The position numbers were made by a program, and so were the translations under genes. DNA of 62,182 nt, the filler included, from a bacterium (GTDB taxonomy: Bacteria; JBDRGX01): NCBI GenBank assembly GCA_043817485.1. It is 8 parts of 8 records of this genome, joined end to end, with 100 filler letters (N's around TTAATTAATTAA, not from the genome) between each part and the next. Parts side by side here need not be neighbours in the genome. Positions count along the whole stretch, not along the records: positions 19,300 to 35,252 come from JBDRGX010000019.1; positions 35,353 to 39,976 come from JBDRGX010000022.1; positions 40,077 to 45,180 come from JBDRGX010000024.1; 5 more parts are not named here. The stretch is one strand, 5' to 3'. Of this stretch, positions 30,841-40,791 are shown one piece after another. Position 1 is the stretch's first letter. Every line of letters begins with the position of its first letter. The notes beneath the pieces are model-generated. The model was not told the origin of the DNA. It worked only from the letters and a program-made list of their open reading frames with translations, and searched no databases.

Positions 30841-32157
30841 ATGAAAAGAAAAATAACTTGTGTAGGTGGTGGAAGTTATAAATGGATGCCAAAATTACTT
30901 AATGATATTATTCAAACAAATGAATTGGAAAATAGTGAAATAGTTCTTTTAGATATAAATATTAAAGCAGCACAAGATATAAAAAAAGTTGGCGAAATAT
31001 TATGTAAAAAATATAATAAAAAATTTCAAATTATTGCGACTACATCAGAAGAAAAAGCATTTAAAGATGCTCAATTTGTAATTATTACTATTACTACTGG
31101 TGGGTTAGAAGCAATGAAAAACGATCTTGAAATTCCAGAAAAGTATGGAATTTATCAAACAGTAGGAGATAGTGTAGGTCCTGGTGGTTGGTCAAGAACT
31201 TGGAGAAATGTTCCTGTATTTAAAGCAATGGCAGAAAAAATAGAAAAATATTCTCCAAAAGCATTTGTTTTAAATTATACTAATCCAATGTATTCTCTTA
31301 CAAGCATTTTTTATAAAACTTCAAATTTAAGAACAGTTGGTTTATGTCATGGTCTTTTTGAAACTTATGATATATTTGAAAAAATTTTAAAAGTAAAAGT
31401 GAATGATATTAAAGTAAATTTTGCTGGAATTAATCATTTTTTTTGGATACTTGATTTTTGTGTAAAAGGAGAATCAGGGTATCCTTTATTAGAAAAAAAA
31501 TTAGAAAATAAAAAAATATATAAAGAAATTTCTTCTGGGCAAGAAGATTTAATGGGATTTCATTCAGGATCTTATCTTTTTTATGAATTATATAAAATTT
31601 ATGGATATCTTACTTATGCAGCAGATAGACATACTTGTGAATTTTTTCCTAATTATTTAACTGGGAATGAAAAAAAATTAGAAGATTTTAGATTAGTTAA
31701 AACTTCTATAAAAGATCGTGAAAAAAAATTAGAAGCAAGTAAAAAAACAGTAAAGAATATTATTGAAGGTAAAGAAAGTTTAGGAACTCGTTCAAGAGAA
31801 ACTGCTATAGATATTATGAAAGCAATAATTTTAGATACAAATTTTATAGATATAGTTAATCTTCCTAATAAAGGACAAATTTCTAATCTTCCTAATGGAG
31901 CAATTGTAGAAACACTTGGAAATGTTAATGCTTTAGGATTTACACCTCTTGTAACAGGAGCTCTTCCTCCAACAATACTTTCTTTAATTGAACCTCATAT
32001 ACTTTGTCAAGAATTGCTTATAGAAGCTTCTCTTAAAAGAGATAAAAAATTAGCAATAGATGCTCTTTATATGGATCCACTTTGTTCTTATCTTTCTCAT
32101 TGTAAAATAAAGGAAATGGGAGAGTTATTGTTGAAAGCTAATGAAAAATATGTTTAA
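30841..32157 (+). CDS. Glycoside hydrolase family 4 (NAD-dependent alpha-galactosidase/alpha-glucosidase-like)
   Basis: VGGGS, QTVGDSVGPGG, NYTNP, GLCH, AGINH, NKGQISNLP. Confidence 0.92.
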   Translation: MKRKITCVGGGSYKWMPKLLNDIIQTNELENSEIVLLDINIKAAQDIKKVGEILCKKYNKKFQIIATTSEEKAFKDAQFVIITITTGGLEAMKNDLEIPEKYGIYQTVGDSVGPGGWSRTWRNVPVFKAMAEKIEKYSPKAFVLNYTNPMYSLTSIFYKTSNLRTVGLCHGLFETYDIFEKILKVKVNDIKVNFAGINHFFWILDFCVKGESGYPLLEKKLENKKIYKEISSGQEDLMGFHSGSYLFYELYKIYGYLTYAADRHTCEFFPNYLTGNEKKLEDFRLVKTSIKDREKKLEASKKTVKNIIEGKESLGTRSRETAIDIMKAIILDTNFIDIVNLPNKGQISNLPNGAIVETLGNVNALGFTPLVTGALPPTILSLIEPHILCQELLIEASLKRDKKLAIDALYMDPLCSYLSHCKIKEMGELLLKANEKYV

Positions 32158-32220
32158 ATTTCAAAAAACTTTTTTAGTTTTTTAATTTTGTATAATAACT
32201 TTAATACTTAAGGGGGTAAA

Positions 32221-32748
32221 ATGGCTTTTCCACCTTCAAGAGTTAGAAATCCCGGTTCTCATATAAAAAAACAATCTAAATCTAGTTCAAGTCTAAAAAA
32301 AGATGTACCACTACATCTTACTTCAATGATAGATATGTTCACTATTTTAGTTGTATTTTTATTAAAAAGTTTTTCTATAGATGGAGATATAATGAGTATT
32401 TCTCCAGATTTAAAATTACCAGAATCTACAGAAATAAGAAAACCAGAAAGATCTGTTATTTTAGCAGTTAATAAACAAATTATTACAGTAGAAGGAAAAC
32501 CTATAATTTCATATGGTGATGTTATTTTGCAAAAACAAATTCTTATTAAACCATTAAAAGATGAATTAGATAAATTAGCAAATATGAATAAACTTATAGC
32601 AGAAAAAAACAAATCTGTTAAATTTAGTGGTGATATTATTATTCAAGGAGATAAAAATATTCCTTTTTGTATTTTAGAAAAAGTAATGTATACTTGTGGT
32701 CAAAGTGAATATATTAATATGAATTTAGCTGTTTACTCTAAAAAATAG
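32221..32748 (+). CDS. ExbD/TolR family protein (TM Asp retained)
   Basis: LTSMIDMFTILVVFLLKS; IQGDKNIPF..LEKVMYT. Confidence 0.9.
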   Translation: MAFPPSRVRNPGSHIKKQSKSSSSLKKDVPLHLTSMIDMFTILVVFLLKSFSIDGDIMSISPDLKLPESTEIRKPERSVILAVNKQIITVEGKPIISYGDVILQKQILIKPLKDELDKLANMNKLIAEKNKSVKFSGDIIIQGDKNIPFCILEKVMYTCGQSEYINMNLAVYSKK

Positions 32749-32846
32749 AAAATTATTAAAAAAAATTTAAACTTACAAAAATAATGGAAAATTAGAATTA
32801 TTATAAAAAAATATTTCTTTTTAGATTTTTGAAGGAAACATTGGGA

Positions 32847-33923
32847 ATGAAAAAAGAAAAAAGTGCATTTCCTAACAATTTAAAATATGGTTTTGAAACA
32901 TTTTCTGATTTACGATTTATGCAAATTTTAGCCATATCTTTTGTTTTTCATTTTATTATAGTTGTATCAGTTCAATTTATAAAAGTTACTGAACAAGAAG
33001 TTTCTGAAAAAGCATTAGAACAAATGTCTGAAAGATTTGCACGATTAATTGTCCCTCAAGAAATAGAAGAAAAAAAAATAAAAAAAGTAGATATTGGAAA
33101 AAGTAAAGGGGAAGAACAAATAGAAGAAAAAAAAACAAAAGAAAAAGAAAAGGGAAAAGGAGATAGTGGTCCAGAAAAAATATCAAAAACAAAAGAAAAA
33201 GCCCAAAAAGCAATAGCTGTTCGAGGAGAAAAAGTTTCTCGAAGTGTACGAACAAAAGGAGTTTTAGGAATTATTACTGGAAAAGGAGTTTCTTCTCGTC
33301 AAACAAGTTATTCTACTATAGATATTCTTAAAAATATTGGGATAGGAGGAACTACTGGTAGATCTGGTGATTTAGATACAACATTAAGTCAAATTACAGG
33401 ATTAAAAAAAGGTACTAAAAATGGAGAAGGATTAGGCAGTGGTGATTTTGGAAAAGGAAGTGGCGTTAAAGGTGGAAGAATAAGTGGTGGAGCAGGTACT
33501 TCAGAAATTACAGATCTTATTGGAAGTGGTGGCGGTCCTGAAATGGCAAAAATGGGTAAAAAAGGAGTAGTAAAAGTAGAAGCTCCAGAAGAAATTAAAG
33601 GTAGTGTAGAAGCTTTATCAGCAAGAACTCAAGAAGAAATAAAAAAAGAAGTAGAAAAACATAAACAACAAATTATGTATTATTATAATATAGAACTTAA
33701 ACGAAATCCTAATTTAAAAGGAAAAATAACTGTAAAATTTATTATTGAAGCAAATGGAACAATTTCTTCTTGTAGTATTATTAAATCTACAATGATAGAA
33801 TCTACATCATTAGAAACAAATTTAGAAAAAATAATTAAACGAACATGGAAATTTTCGCCTATTAATACTTCATCTGGAAATGTTTCGATAATTTATACTT
33901 TTGCTTTTGTAGCAGAAATGTAA
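32847..33923 (+). CDS. AgmX/PglI (GltG/GltJ-like) TonB-C-terminal domain protein
   Basis: TM with S-x3-H (SFVFH), Lys/Glu- and Gly-rich linker, YYNIELKRNPNLKGKITVKFII...YTFAF. Confidence 0.82.
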   Translation: MKKEKSAFPNNLKYGFETFSDLRFMQILAISFVFHFIIVVSVQFIKVTEQEVSEKALEQMSERFARLIVPQEIEEKKIKKVDIGKSKGEEQIEEKKTKEKEKGKGDSGPEKISKTKEKAQKAIAVRGEKVSRSVRTKGVLGIITGKGVSSRQTSYSTIDILKNIGIGGTTGRSGDLDTTLSQITGLKKGTKNGEGLGSGDFGKGSGVKGGRISGGAGTSEITDLIGSGGGPEMAKMGKKGVVKVEAPEEIKGSVEALSARTQEEIKKEVEKHKQQIMYYYNIELKRNPNLKGKITVKFIIEANGTISSCSIIKSTMIESTSLETNLEKIIKRTWKFSPINTSSGNVSIIYTFAFVAEM

Positions 33924-33938
33924 AAATAGGTTTTAAAT

Positions 33939-34556
33939 ATGTTTCCATCCTTATACTTAATTACTCATCATTTTCAAAATAAAACGCATTTAGAAATAAT
34001 TAAATTAGCAATAAAAGGTGGAATTAGATTTATTCAAATGCGTGATAAATTTTTATCTGATAAAGAATTTTTTCAAATTGCTTTAAAAATTAGAAAAATA
34101 ACTATTAAAAAAAAAACAATTTTTATTGTTAATGATAGATTAAATATTGCTTTACTTTCTAATGCTGATGGAATTCATTTAGGACAAAATGATTTTTCTA
34201 TAAAAGATACTCGTAAATTATTAGGTAAAAATAAAATTATTGGAATTACTTGTAAAACTATTTCTCAAGCAATAAAAGCTCAAAAAGAAAAAGCAGATTA
34301 TATTAGCATAGGTCCAATATTCCCTTCTTCAACAAAACCAAATGCTGGAAAAATTTTAGGAATAAATTTTATAAAAAAAATAAAAAAATACATCAAAATT
34401 CCTCTTTATGGAATAGGAGGTATTTCTTTAAATAATTTAGAAAAGTGTTTAAAATCTGGATTAAATGGTGTTGCTATTTGTTCTGATATTGTTCAAGCAG
34501 AAAATATTACTAATGCTGCATATTTAATAAATGAAAAAATTAAAGGGATTAAATGA
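33939..34556 (+). CDS. thiE: Thiamine-phosphate synthase
   Basis: LYLIT, IQMRDK, IVNDR, DGIHLGQND, GPIFPSSTK, IGGI. Confidence 0.95.
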   Translation: MFPSLYLITHHFQNKTHLEIIKLAIKGGIRFIQMRDKFLSDKEFFQIALKIRKITIKKKTIFIVNDRLNIALLSNADGIHLGQNDFSIKDTRKLLGKNKIIGITCKTISQAIKAQKEKADYISIGPIFPSSTKPNAGKILGINFIKKIKKYIKIPLYGIGGISLNNLEKCLKSGLNGVAICSDIVQAENITNAAYLINEKIKGIK

Positions 34557-35252
34557 ATTTTATAAAATTTTTAGGGACAGCTGGAGCAAGAATAGTAGTT
34601 TCTAAACAATTAAGACAATCTGGCGGAATTTGGTTTCATTTTGATGGAATAGATGTTTTAGTTGATCCAGGTCCAGGTTCTTTAATAAGAGTATTGAATA
34701 GTAAGCCAAAATTAGATCCTACTTCTTTAAATGCGATTATTCTTTCTCATAAGCATTTAGATCATTCAAATGATGTTAATATTATGATTGAAGCAATGAC
34801 TGAGGGTGGATTTAATCAAAAAGGTTATATTTTAGCTCCAACAGATGCTTTTGAAAAAGATGGCGTTATTTTAAAATATGCAAGAAATTATGTAAAAAAA
34901 GAAATTTTTCTTGTTCCAGAAACAGATTACGAAATAGATGGAGTAAAATTTTCTACTTCTATTCAACATCAACATGGAGATGTTGAAACTTTAGGAATAA
35001 AATTTAAAACTTCAAAATACATAATTTCCTATCTTTCTGATACTTTTTTTTTCCCAGAAATTCTTAATTCATATCAAGGAACAGATATTTTAATTATTAA
35101 TACAGTTCTTCATTTACCTTCTTCTCGATTAAATCATCTTTGCATAGATGATGTTAGAAAAATTATAACACATATTAAGCCACATAAAGTAATTCTTACA
35201 CACTTAGGAATGGCAATGTTAGAAGCAAATCCAGAAAAAATAGCCAAAGAAT
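34553..35252 (+). CDS. MBL-fold metallo-hydrolase, 3' truncated
   Basis: FLGTAGAR, VDPGPG, SHKHLDH. Confidence 0.85.
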
Positions 35253-35352
35253 NNNNNNNNNNNNNNNNNNNNNNNNNNNNNNNNNNNNNNNNNNNNTTAA
35301 TTAATTAANNNNNNNNNNNNNNNNNNNNNNNNNNNNNNNNNNNNNNNNNNNN
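35253..35352. other. Artificial contig spacer
   Basis: N44-TTAATTAATTAA-N44. Confidence 0.98.
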
Positions 35353-35353
35353 A

Positions 35354-35458
35354 TTTAAAAAAAGACCTGATTTAATAAACAAAGATTTTTTTTCAGATGA
35401 ACAAAAAAAAATCTTAGAAGAAATTAAAAAGGACAAGGAGAATAAAAATAATGAATGA
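35354..35458 (+). CDS. trmD: C-terminal tail of tRNA (guanine-N1)-methyltransferase, 5' truncated
   Basis: FKKRPDL...EQKKILEEIK directly upstream of rplS, the conserved trmD-rplS order. Confidence 0.75.
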   Translation, partial: FKKRPDLINKDFFSDEQKKILEEIKKDKENKNNE

Positions 35459-35804
35459 CATAATGAGTTTAGTAGAAAAAGATTATTTAAAAGAATCTAT
35501 TCAAGCATTTAATCCAGGAGATACTATAAAAGTATATTTGAAATTAATTGAAGGAGAGAAAGAAAGAATACAAATTTTTGAAGGAATAGTAATTGGGAAA
35601 AAACATTCTTCTGTTAGAGAAACCTTTATTGTGAGAAAAATTTGTTATGGAGTTGGAGTAGAAAGAATTTTTGCATTAAATTCTCCTTTAATTCAAAAAA
35701 TAGAAATTGTTATTAAAGGAAAAGTTAAAAGAGCAAAACTTTATTATTTGAGAAAAAGAATAGGTAAAAAAGCAACACGAGTAAAAAGAGACCAAAATAT
35801 ATAA
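35451..35804 (+). CDS. rplS: 50S ribosomal protein L19
   Basis: FNPGDT, EGEKERIQIFEG, GVGVERIF, RAKLYYLR. Confidence 0.97.
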   Translation: MNDIMSLVEKDYLKESIQAFNPGDTIKVYLKLIEGEKERIQIFEGIVIGKKHSSVRETFIVRKICYGVGVERIFALNSPLIQKIEIVIKGKVKRAKLYYLRKRIGKKATRVKRDQNI

Positions 35805-36050
35805 ATTTTAAGCAATTATAAATATTGTTATTGGAAAAAGGCATAGTACACATATTTACTTAGTAGGTGGCTAATCACTGTTTTGTATAAGTGTTCTAAA
35901 TGTGGAATGAATCGAAGAAAAAAAATAGGTAAGTTGATAATGGGGTCAGTGATTGATAGGAAAACACGATTTTCAGTCTCGAACAAAACACAAGATGAAC
36001 AAGGATGGAGGGAATACCTTCTTGTTTCCTATCACTACAAATAATGAATT

Positions 36051-36078
36051 CGTAGGGACAACCTTTATGGTTGTTCGT
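36051..36078 (+). repeat. GTAG-type REP-like hairpin
   Basis: GTAGGGACAACCTTTATGGTTGTTC; related GTAGGGACAGTGACTTGTCCCTGTCC at about 37715-37740. Confidence 0.55.
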
Positions 36079-36183
36079 CTTGTTCCACCAAAAACTAACC
36101 AATTACAAAATTTAACATTTTTTATTGATATTTATATACACTTTATAATACAATCTGTGCGTAAAAATTTCAGGAGGTGTTGT

Positions 36184-36450
36184 ATGACTATGATGAGAGT
36201 AAATATTGTTTTACCAGAAACCTTGTTAATCACGATTGATGAGCTGATAAAACAAGAAAAAATAAATAGAAGCGAATTTTTTAGAAAAGCAGCCAGACTT
36301 TATGAACAAGTCAGGAAAGAAAAAGAGGCGAAAAGGAGAAAAAAAGAGGCTATTAAAAAGGCTATCCTGATTCAGAATGAACTGCGAGAAAGCACCTCTA
36401 ACTGGGATGGAGTGGCTGAATTACAAAGACAAAGGGAGGTAAATAAATGA
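36184..36450 (+). CDS. Ribbon-helix-helix (CopG-like) antitoxin
   Basis: MRVNIVLPETLL..ID......NRSEFFRKA; AGGAGG RBS supports ATG 36184 over the listed 35953; overlaps toxin start. Confidence 0.85.
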   Translation: MTMMRVNIVLPETLLITIDELIKQEKINRSEFFRKAARLYEQVRKEKEAKRRKKEAIKKAILIQNELRESTSNWDGVAELQRQREVNK

Positions 36451-36872
36451 TTTATATACTTGATACCTCTGTGGTAATAAAATGGTTTTCTAAAACAGAT
36501 GAAGGTGATTTAGAAAAAGCAGATTGGCTACGAGAATCATATTTGGAAGAAAAGGTTCAACTTCTTTTTCCTGATCTATTATTCTATGAATTGAACAATG
36601 TCCTCCGATATAAACCAGATTTTGATTCTGAAAAAATAAAAAAAGCAGTGGCGACTATTGAACTTATGGAAATACCCATTCAATCTTATCGGCAGCAGAT
36701 AGGAACAGAAGCAGTTAAATTGGCTATTCAATACGATATTACTGTTTATGATTCTTACTTTATTGCCTTAGCTAAAGAAGAAAGTTTTAAGTTAATTACA
36801 GCCAACCATGAGGTTTATAAAAAGGTATCTTCTTTGCCTTGGGTGGTTTATTTGGAAAATTTAGAGATATAA
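36447..36872 (+). CDS. vapC: VapC PIN-domain toxin
   Basis: ILDTSVVIKW, YELNNVL, ITVYDSYFIALA, LITAN. Confidence 0.9.
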   Translation: MIYILDTSVVIKWFSKTDEGDLEKADWLRESYLEEKVQLLFPDLLFYELNNVLRYKPDFDSEKIKKAVATIELMEIPIQSYRQQIGTEAVKLAIQYDITVYDSYFIALAKEESFKLITANHEVYKKVSSLPWVVYLENLEI

Positions 36873-37329
36873 AAAAAATATATCCACAGATAAAATCTTG
36901 ATGGTACAGGTCGGTAATTTTTAAGTGGAGAAAAGAATAGATGAAAGAGAAAAAAACACAAAATTGTATGATTTGTGGTAAAAAAGATTGAATATTTAAG
37001 TGTCACAGTCTTTGCCAAGTTGTATCTATTGTGGCAAAAAGGAAGAAGAATATTTCCTCTATCAGCAGGACATTGGTCTGCAAACCCTTTCCATGGAAAA
37101 GACTTATTATAGAGGTAATGTTAGTTTTGTCTTACCTCAAAATCCGCTAATAAAGATGGCGAATACCATTATTAGACCGTGGTATAATTAACAACAAAAC
37201 TACTTTTTAAAAACAGAATAAGGTAAAATTAAAACAAAATCCAAAATTATTTTGTAAATAATTTTAAAATTGCTACAAAATACATTTTTTGATAACAGTT
37301 AAGTCTATAAACATTGGTTTTCTTGTTTC

Positions 37330-37513
37330 TACATACCCGTAAAGTTTCTCAATAAACCCTACAACTCCAAGTATTGTAATCATTCGCGGCTATATTAAAG
37401 CAACTTGAAAATAGCGACATCTCTGCTTTAACACCACCCAGACCTTTGAGTAAAAATGAATTTACTCCAAGATTTCGTTTAATATGTCCAAATGGAAGTT
37501 CAACTTTTTGTTT
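37330..37513 (-). mobile_element. IS1182-family transposase C-terminal remnant, frameshifted
   Basis: KQKVELPFGHIKRNLGVNSFLLKGLGGVKAEMSLFSSCFNIA then frameshift to RMITILGV. Confidence 0.75.
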
Positions 37514-37556
37514 TAATCATTGAGTGTGTCGAGAAGTGTATCAATTTTTGTTGGTG

Positions 37557-37741
37557 ACTTGTCTGTCAACAGGCAGGAAGTCCAACTTGGGTGTCCTCAT
37601 GGTATAAAAATTCCATAGTAAAGGGTAGATACAAATTGAAAATGTAAAATGAAAAATTATAGAATATTTCTACTAATAATTCTAACCCCGAAGGGGTGGC
37701 ATTATTGTAGCATTGTAGGGACAGTGACTTGTCCCTGTCCG
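37557..37741. repeat. Cluster of short palindromic REP-like elements
   Basis: CTTGTCTGTCAACAGGCAGG; AAATGTAAAATGAAAAATT heptads; AACCCCGAAGGGGT hairpin; GTAGGGACAG...CTGTCC hairpin. Confidence 0.6.
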
Positions 37742-37772
37742 AAAAATCTTTTAAAAAAGGAGAAAAATAAAT

Positions 37773-38300
37773 ATGAATTTTTTTGAAGTAATTAAAATAA
37801 GAAGAAGTATAAGAAGTTATCAGGATAAACCAGTAGAAAAAGAAAAATTAGAAAAAATATTAGATACAGCGCATTTAGCACCTTCAGCTAAAAATATTCA
37901 ACCATGGAAAATTATTCTTGTAGATGATAAAAAATTAAAAGAAAATCTTGTTGAAGCAACTAAAGGACAAAAATTTTTAATGGAAGCTCATTGTGTAATA
38001 GTAGCATGTGTTAATGAAAAAGAATGTTATCAAGAACTTGGTGATTATACAACATCTTTTGCAGTTGATGGTGCTATATTTTTAGACCATTTAATTCTTT
38101 CTGCTACAGCATTGGGAATTGGAACTTGTTGGATAGCGAAATTTAATGAAATAAAAATAAAAAATATATTAAACATACCAAAAGATTATAGAGTTATAGG
38201 ATTAACTCCATTAGGATATCCAGCAGAATCTGGAAAAGATAAAGGGAGAAAATCTCTTTCTGAAATTCTTTATAAAAATAAATGGAATGAAGATTATTAG
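37773..38300 (+). CDS. Nitroreductase family protein
   Basis: RRSIRSY, APSAKNIQPW, LGIGTCWI, PLGYP. Confidence 0.92.
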   Translation: MNFFEVIKIRRSIRSYQDKPVEKEKLEKILDTAHLAPSAKNIQPWKIILVDDKKLKENLVEATKGQKFLMEAHCVIVACVNEKECYQELGDYTTSFAVDGAIFLDHLILSATALGIGTCWIAKFNEIKIKNILNIPKDYRVIGLTPLGYPAESGKDKGRKSLSEILYKNKWNEDY

Positions 38301-38422
38301 AAAACTTACAAAAAATGTTAAAAAATTATTGAATTTTTTTGCTGTTAAATTCGATTATTTGCGGGAATTTAGATTATAGGTAAAATATAAATATTTGTTT
38401 TTATTAAAAATATTTATATTTT

Positions 38423-39142
38423 TTAAGGTTTAAATATTTTTGGCAAAGATCTTTTATGTTTTGATGATTCAATTAAATTTGTAATTTTCAATAAAAGATT
38501 TTGTGGAATTTTTTCTTTTTGATTTTTTTTAAGCAAAGTAATTGTTTTATCCAATTTTTTATAAGTAATACCTAATTCTTTTTCATCTGTTTGATTTTCC
38601 CATAATCCAGCAGAAGGTGCTTTTTCAATAATTTCTTTTGGAATTTTAAGATTTTTAGATAATTCTTTAATTTCAGTTTTCAAAAGTCCTCCAATAGGCA
38701 AAATATCTATACCACCATCTCCATATTTTGTAAAATAACCAGTCATAATTTCTGATTTATTACCTGTTCCAGCAACAAGATAATTAAAATTATTAGCAAA
38801 GTAATATAAAATAATCATTCGTAATCGAGGTTTAAGATTTGCTAAAGATAATTTATTACCGTTAGGTAAAATTGGAAGTAGACTATGATAGATATTATCC
38901 AATTTTATAATTTGTGTTTTAATTTTAAAAAGAGAAGAAATAAGAAGAGCATCTTTTTCATCTTTTGGATTACTTTCACAAGGCATAATAATACCTAAAA
39001 CATTTTCATTCATTGCTTTTTTAGCAAGAATAGCAACAACAGCAGAATCTATTCCACCACTCATTCCTAAAATAATTCCTTTAGATTTAGTTTTTTTTAC
39101 TTGAGATTGAATCCATTTAATTATTTTTTCTTCCAATTTCAT
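38423..39142 (-). CDS. nadE: NH3-dependent NAD+ synthetase
   Basis: SGGIDS, NLKPRLRM, GTGNKSE, GYFTKYGDGG, PSAGLW..QTDE; start moved to ATG 39142. Confidence 0.95.
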   Translation of the reverse strand: MKLEEKIIKWIQSQVKKTKSKGIILGMSGGIDSAVVAILAKKAMNENVLGIIMPCESNPKDEKDALLISSLFKIKTQIIKLDNIYHSLLPILPNGNKLSLANLKPRLRMIILYYFANNFNYLVAGTGNKSEIMTGYFTKYGDGGIDILPIGGLLKTEIKELSKNLKIPKEIIEKAPSAGLWENQTDEKELGITYKKLDKTITLLKKNQKEKIPQNLLLKITNLIESSKHKRSLPKIFKP

Positions 39143-39143
39143 T

Positions 39144-39976
39144 TTATTTTTTTTCCTTTTCTGTTGTTGGAAAAAGATTGAATCTAAAACTAAAATACCC
39201 AATTAAAGAAAAACCTTCTGGTACTTTTAAATATGAAAATTGAAAAGGAAAAAATTCGGCATAAAAATTTATTAAATAATATTTTTCATTTAACCAATTA
39301 GTTAATTCTTCTTCTTTAAAAATAACAGAATTTTGATTTAAAGGAAGTTCTGAAATTTTTTTTTTATTTTCTCCATCACCTTTTTCTGTTGTTTCTATTT
39401 TAGAATTAATACTTTTTTTATTTACAAGAGGATAAATAATTTCAATTTTAATTTGTTTATTGAAAATACTTGTATTAAACCCAGTTATTATAGTATATTT
39501 TGTATCTGCTAATATAGCTCTAATTTTATTTTTTGTTGTTTTTGCTTCTGTTATGTTTTTAGTTGATATAAGATTCCAAATTTCAGATCCACCTGAAAAT
39601 ATTCTTTCATTTTTTCCATTGGTTATTTCTGGAGTATACATTAATCCAGCATGGAAAGCATTTTTTTTCCATTTTTTACTCATTATTCCATATAAATAAC
39701 CAAATGGTTTTCCTCCTTTACCTTCTATTTCTCCACCAGATCCTTGTAAATTAAAAGAAAAGGTATTTCCTATAGATAAAGAAGGATAATATTTACCTTC
39801 TTGTAAAAAATTCCATTTAGAGTCTTCTCCTAATAAAATAAAAAAAATTTGTTGAGTAAAAACATTTTCTGTTTTAAAATTACTCCATAAACTTCCTATA
39901 AAAGTAGTAAAAATTCCATCTATATTAATTCCATGAAAATTTTTTGTTTTTGGATTTCTATAAGCTGTAGGAGTAA
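39144..39976 (-). CDS. Hypothetical outer-membrane beta-strand protein (YjbH-like N-terminus), 5' truncated
   Basis: Frame stays open to the contig end (TPTAY...GKYYPSLSIG...GKPFGYLYG); aromatic amphipathic strands. Confidence 0.55.
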
Positions 39977-40076
39977 NNNNNNNNNNNNNNNNNNNNNNNN
40001 NNNNNNNNNNNNNNNNNNNNTTAATTAATTAANNNNNNNNNNNNNNNNNNNNNNNNNNNNNNNNNNNNNNNNNNNN
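39977..40076. other. Artificial contig spacer
   Basis: N44-TTAATTAATTAA-N44. Confidence 0.98.
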
Positions 40077-40782
40077 TATTTTCAACAAAACACCTTAAAA
40101 AAAAATACATTTCATATTTCCATTTATTTAACCAATATCTAATAGATAATGACTTATTTCTGTTAGCACTTTTTACTATAGTACTTTCTACTACCTGTTG
40201 ATTAAGGATATCAGGATATAAAGAAAAAATATTAAGATTATTTTCCCATGTAAACTGTAAATCTACATCAACTGGCCGAGAAATATTTTTTTTTAAAAGT
40301 AATTTTTTAGCAGCTTTTTGTGTTATTATTTGACCACAAGTTGAAACAGATTGAGGATGATATTTTACAATATTCAAATTATTATCTAATTTTTGATAAA
40401 TAATTTTTGCTTTTCTGACTGAACTTATAAGTTTTATTATATCCCATGAAAGCCATTCTATTTTTGAAAATAAACTTAAAAAATTTATCAATCGTTTATC
40501 AACCAATACATCATCTTCTAAAATAACAGCATAATCAACACCATCATCAATTACTTTTTTCCAACATTTAATATGACTCATATAACATCCTATTTCTTCT
40601 AATGATAATGGTTTATAATAAAGATTTTTATAAATAGAAAAATAATCACTTTTTTTAAGTTTTTTTCCATCAATGGCTGAAATTTTACAAAAAGGAATAT
40701 TTATTAATTCAAAACTTTTTTTAATATCATCTAAACGATCTTTTGCATCATCTAAATTTATTACATAAAAACCTATTTTCAT
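40077..40782 (-). CDS. Glycosyltransferase family 25, 3' truncated
   Basis: YVINL...DR, AIDG, EIGCYMSH, VILEDD, PVD. Confidence 0.9.
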
Positions 40783-40791
40783 AAATATCCT

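Noticed and set aside
35953-36183. N-terminal extension of the antitoxin given in the ORF track
   Set aside because: It runs through REP-like sequence; the AGGAGG RBS supports a start at 36184.
37000-37191. 63-aa ORF with CxxC
   Set aside because: GTG start inside an IS-end-like sequence, no RBS, no recognisable family; probably a remnant.
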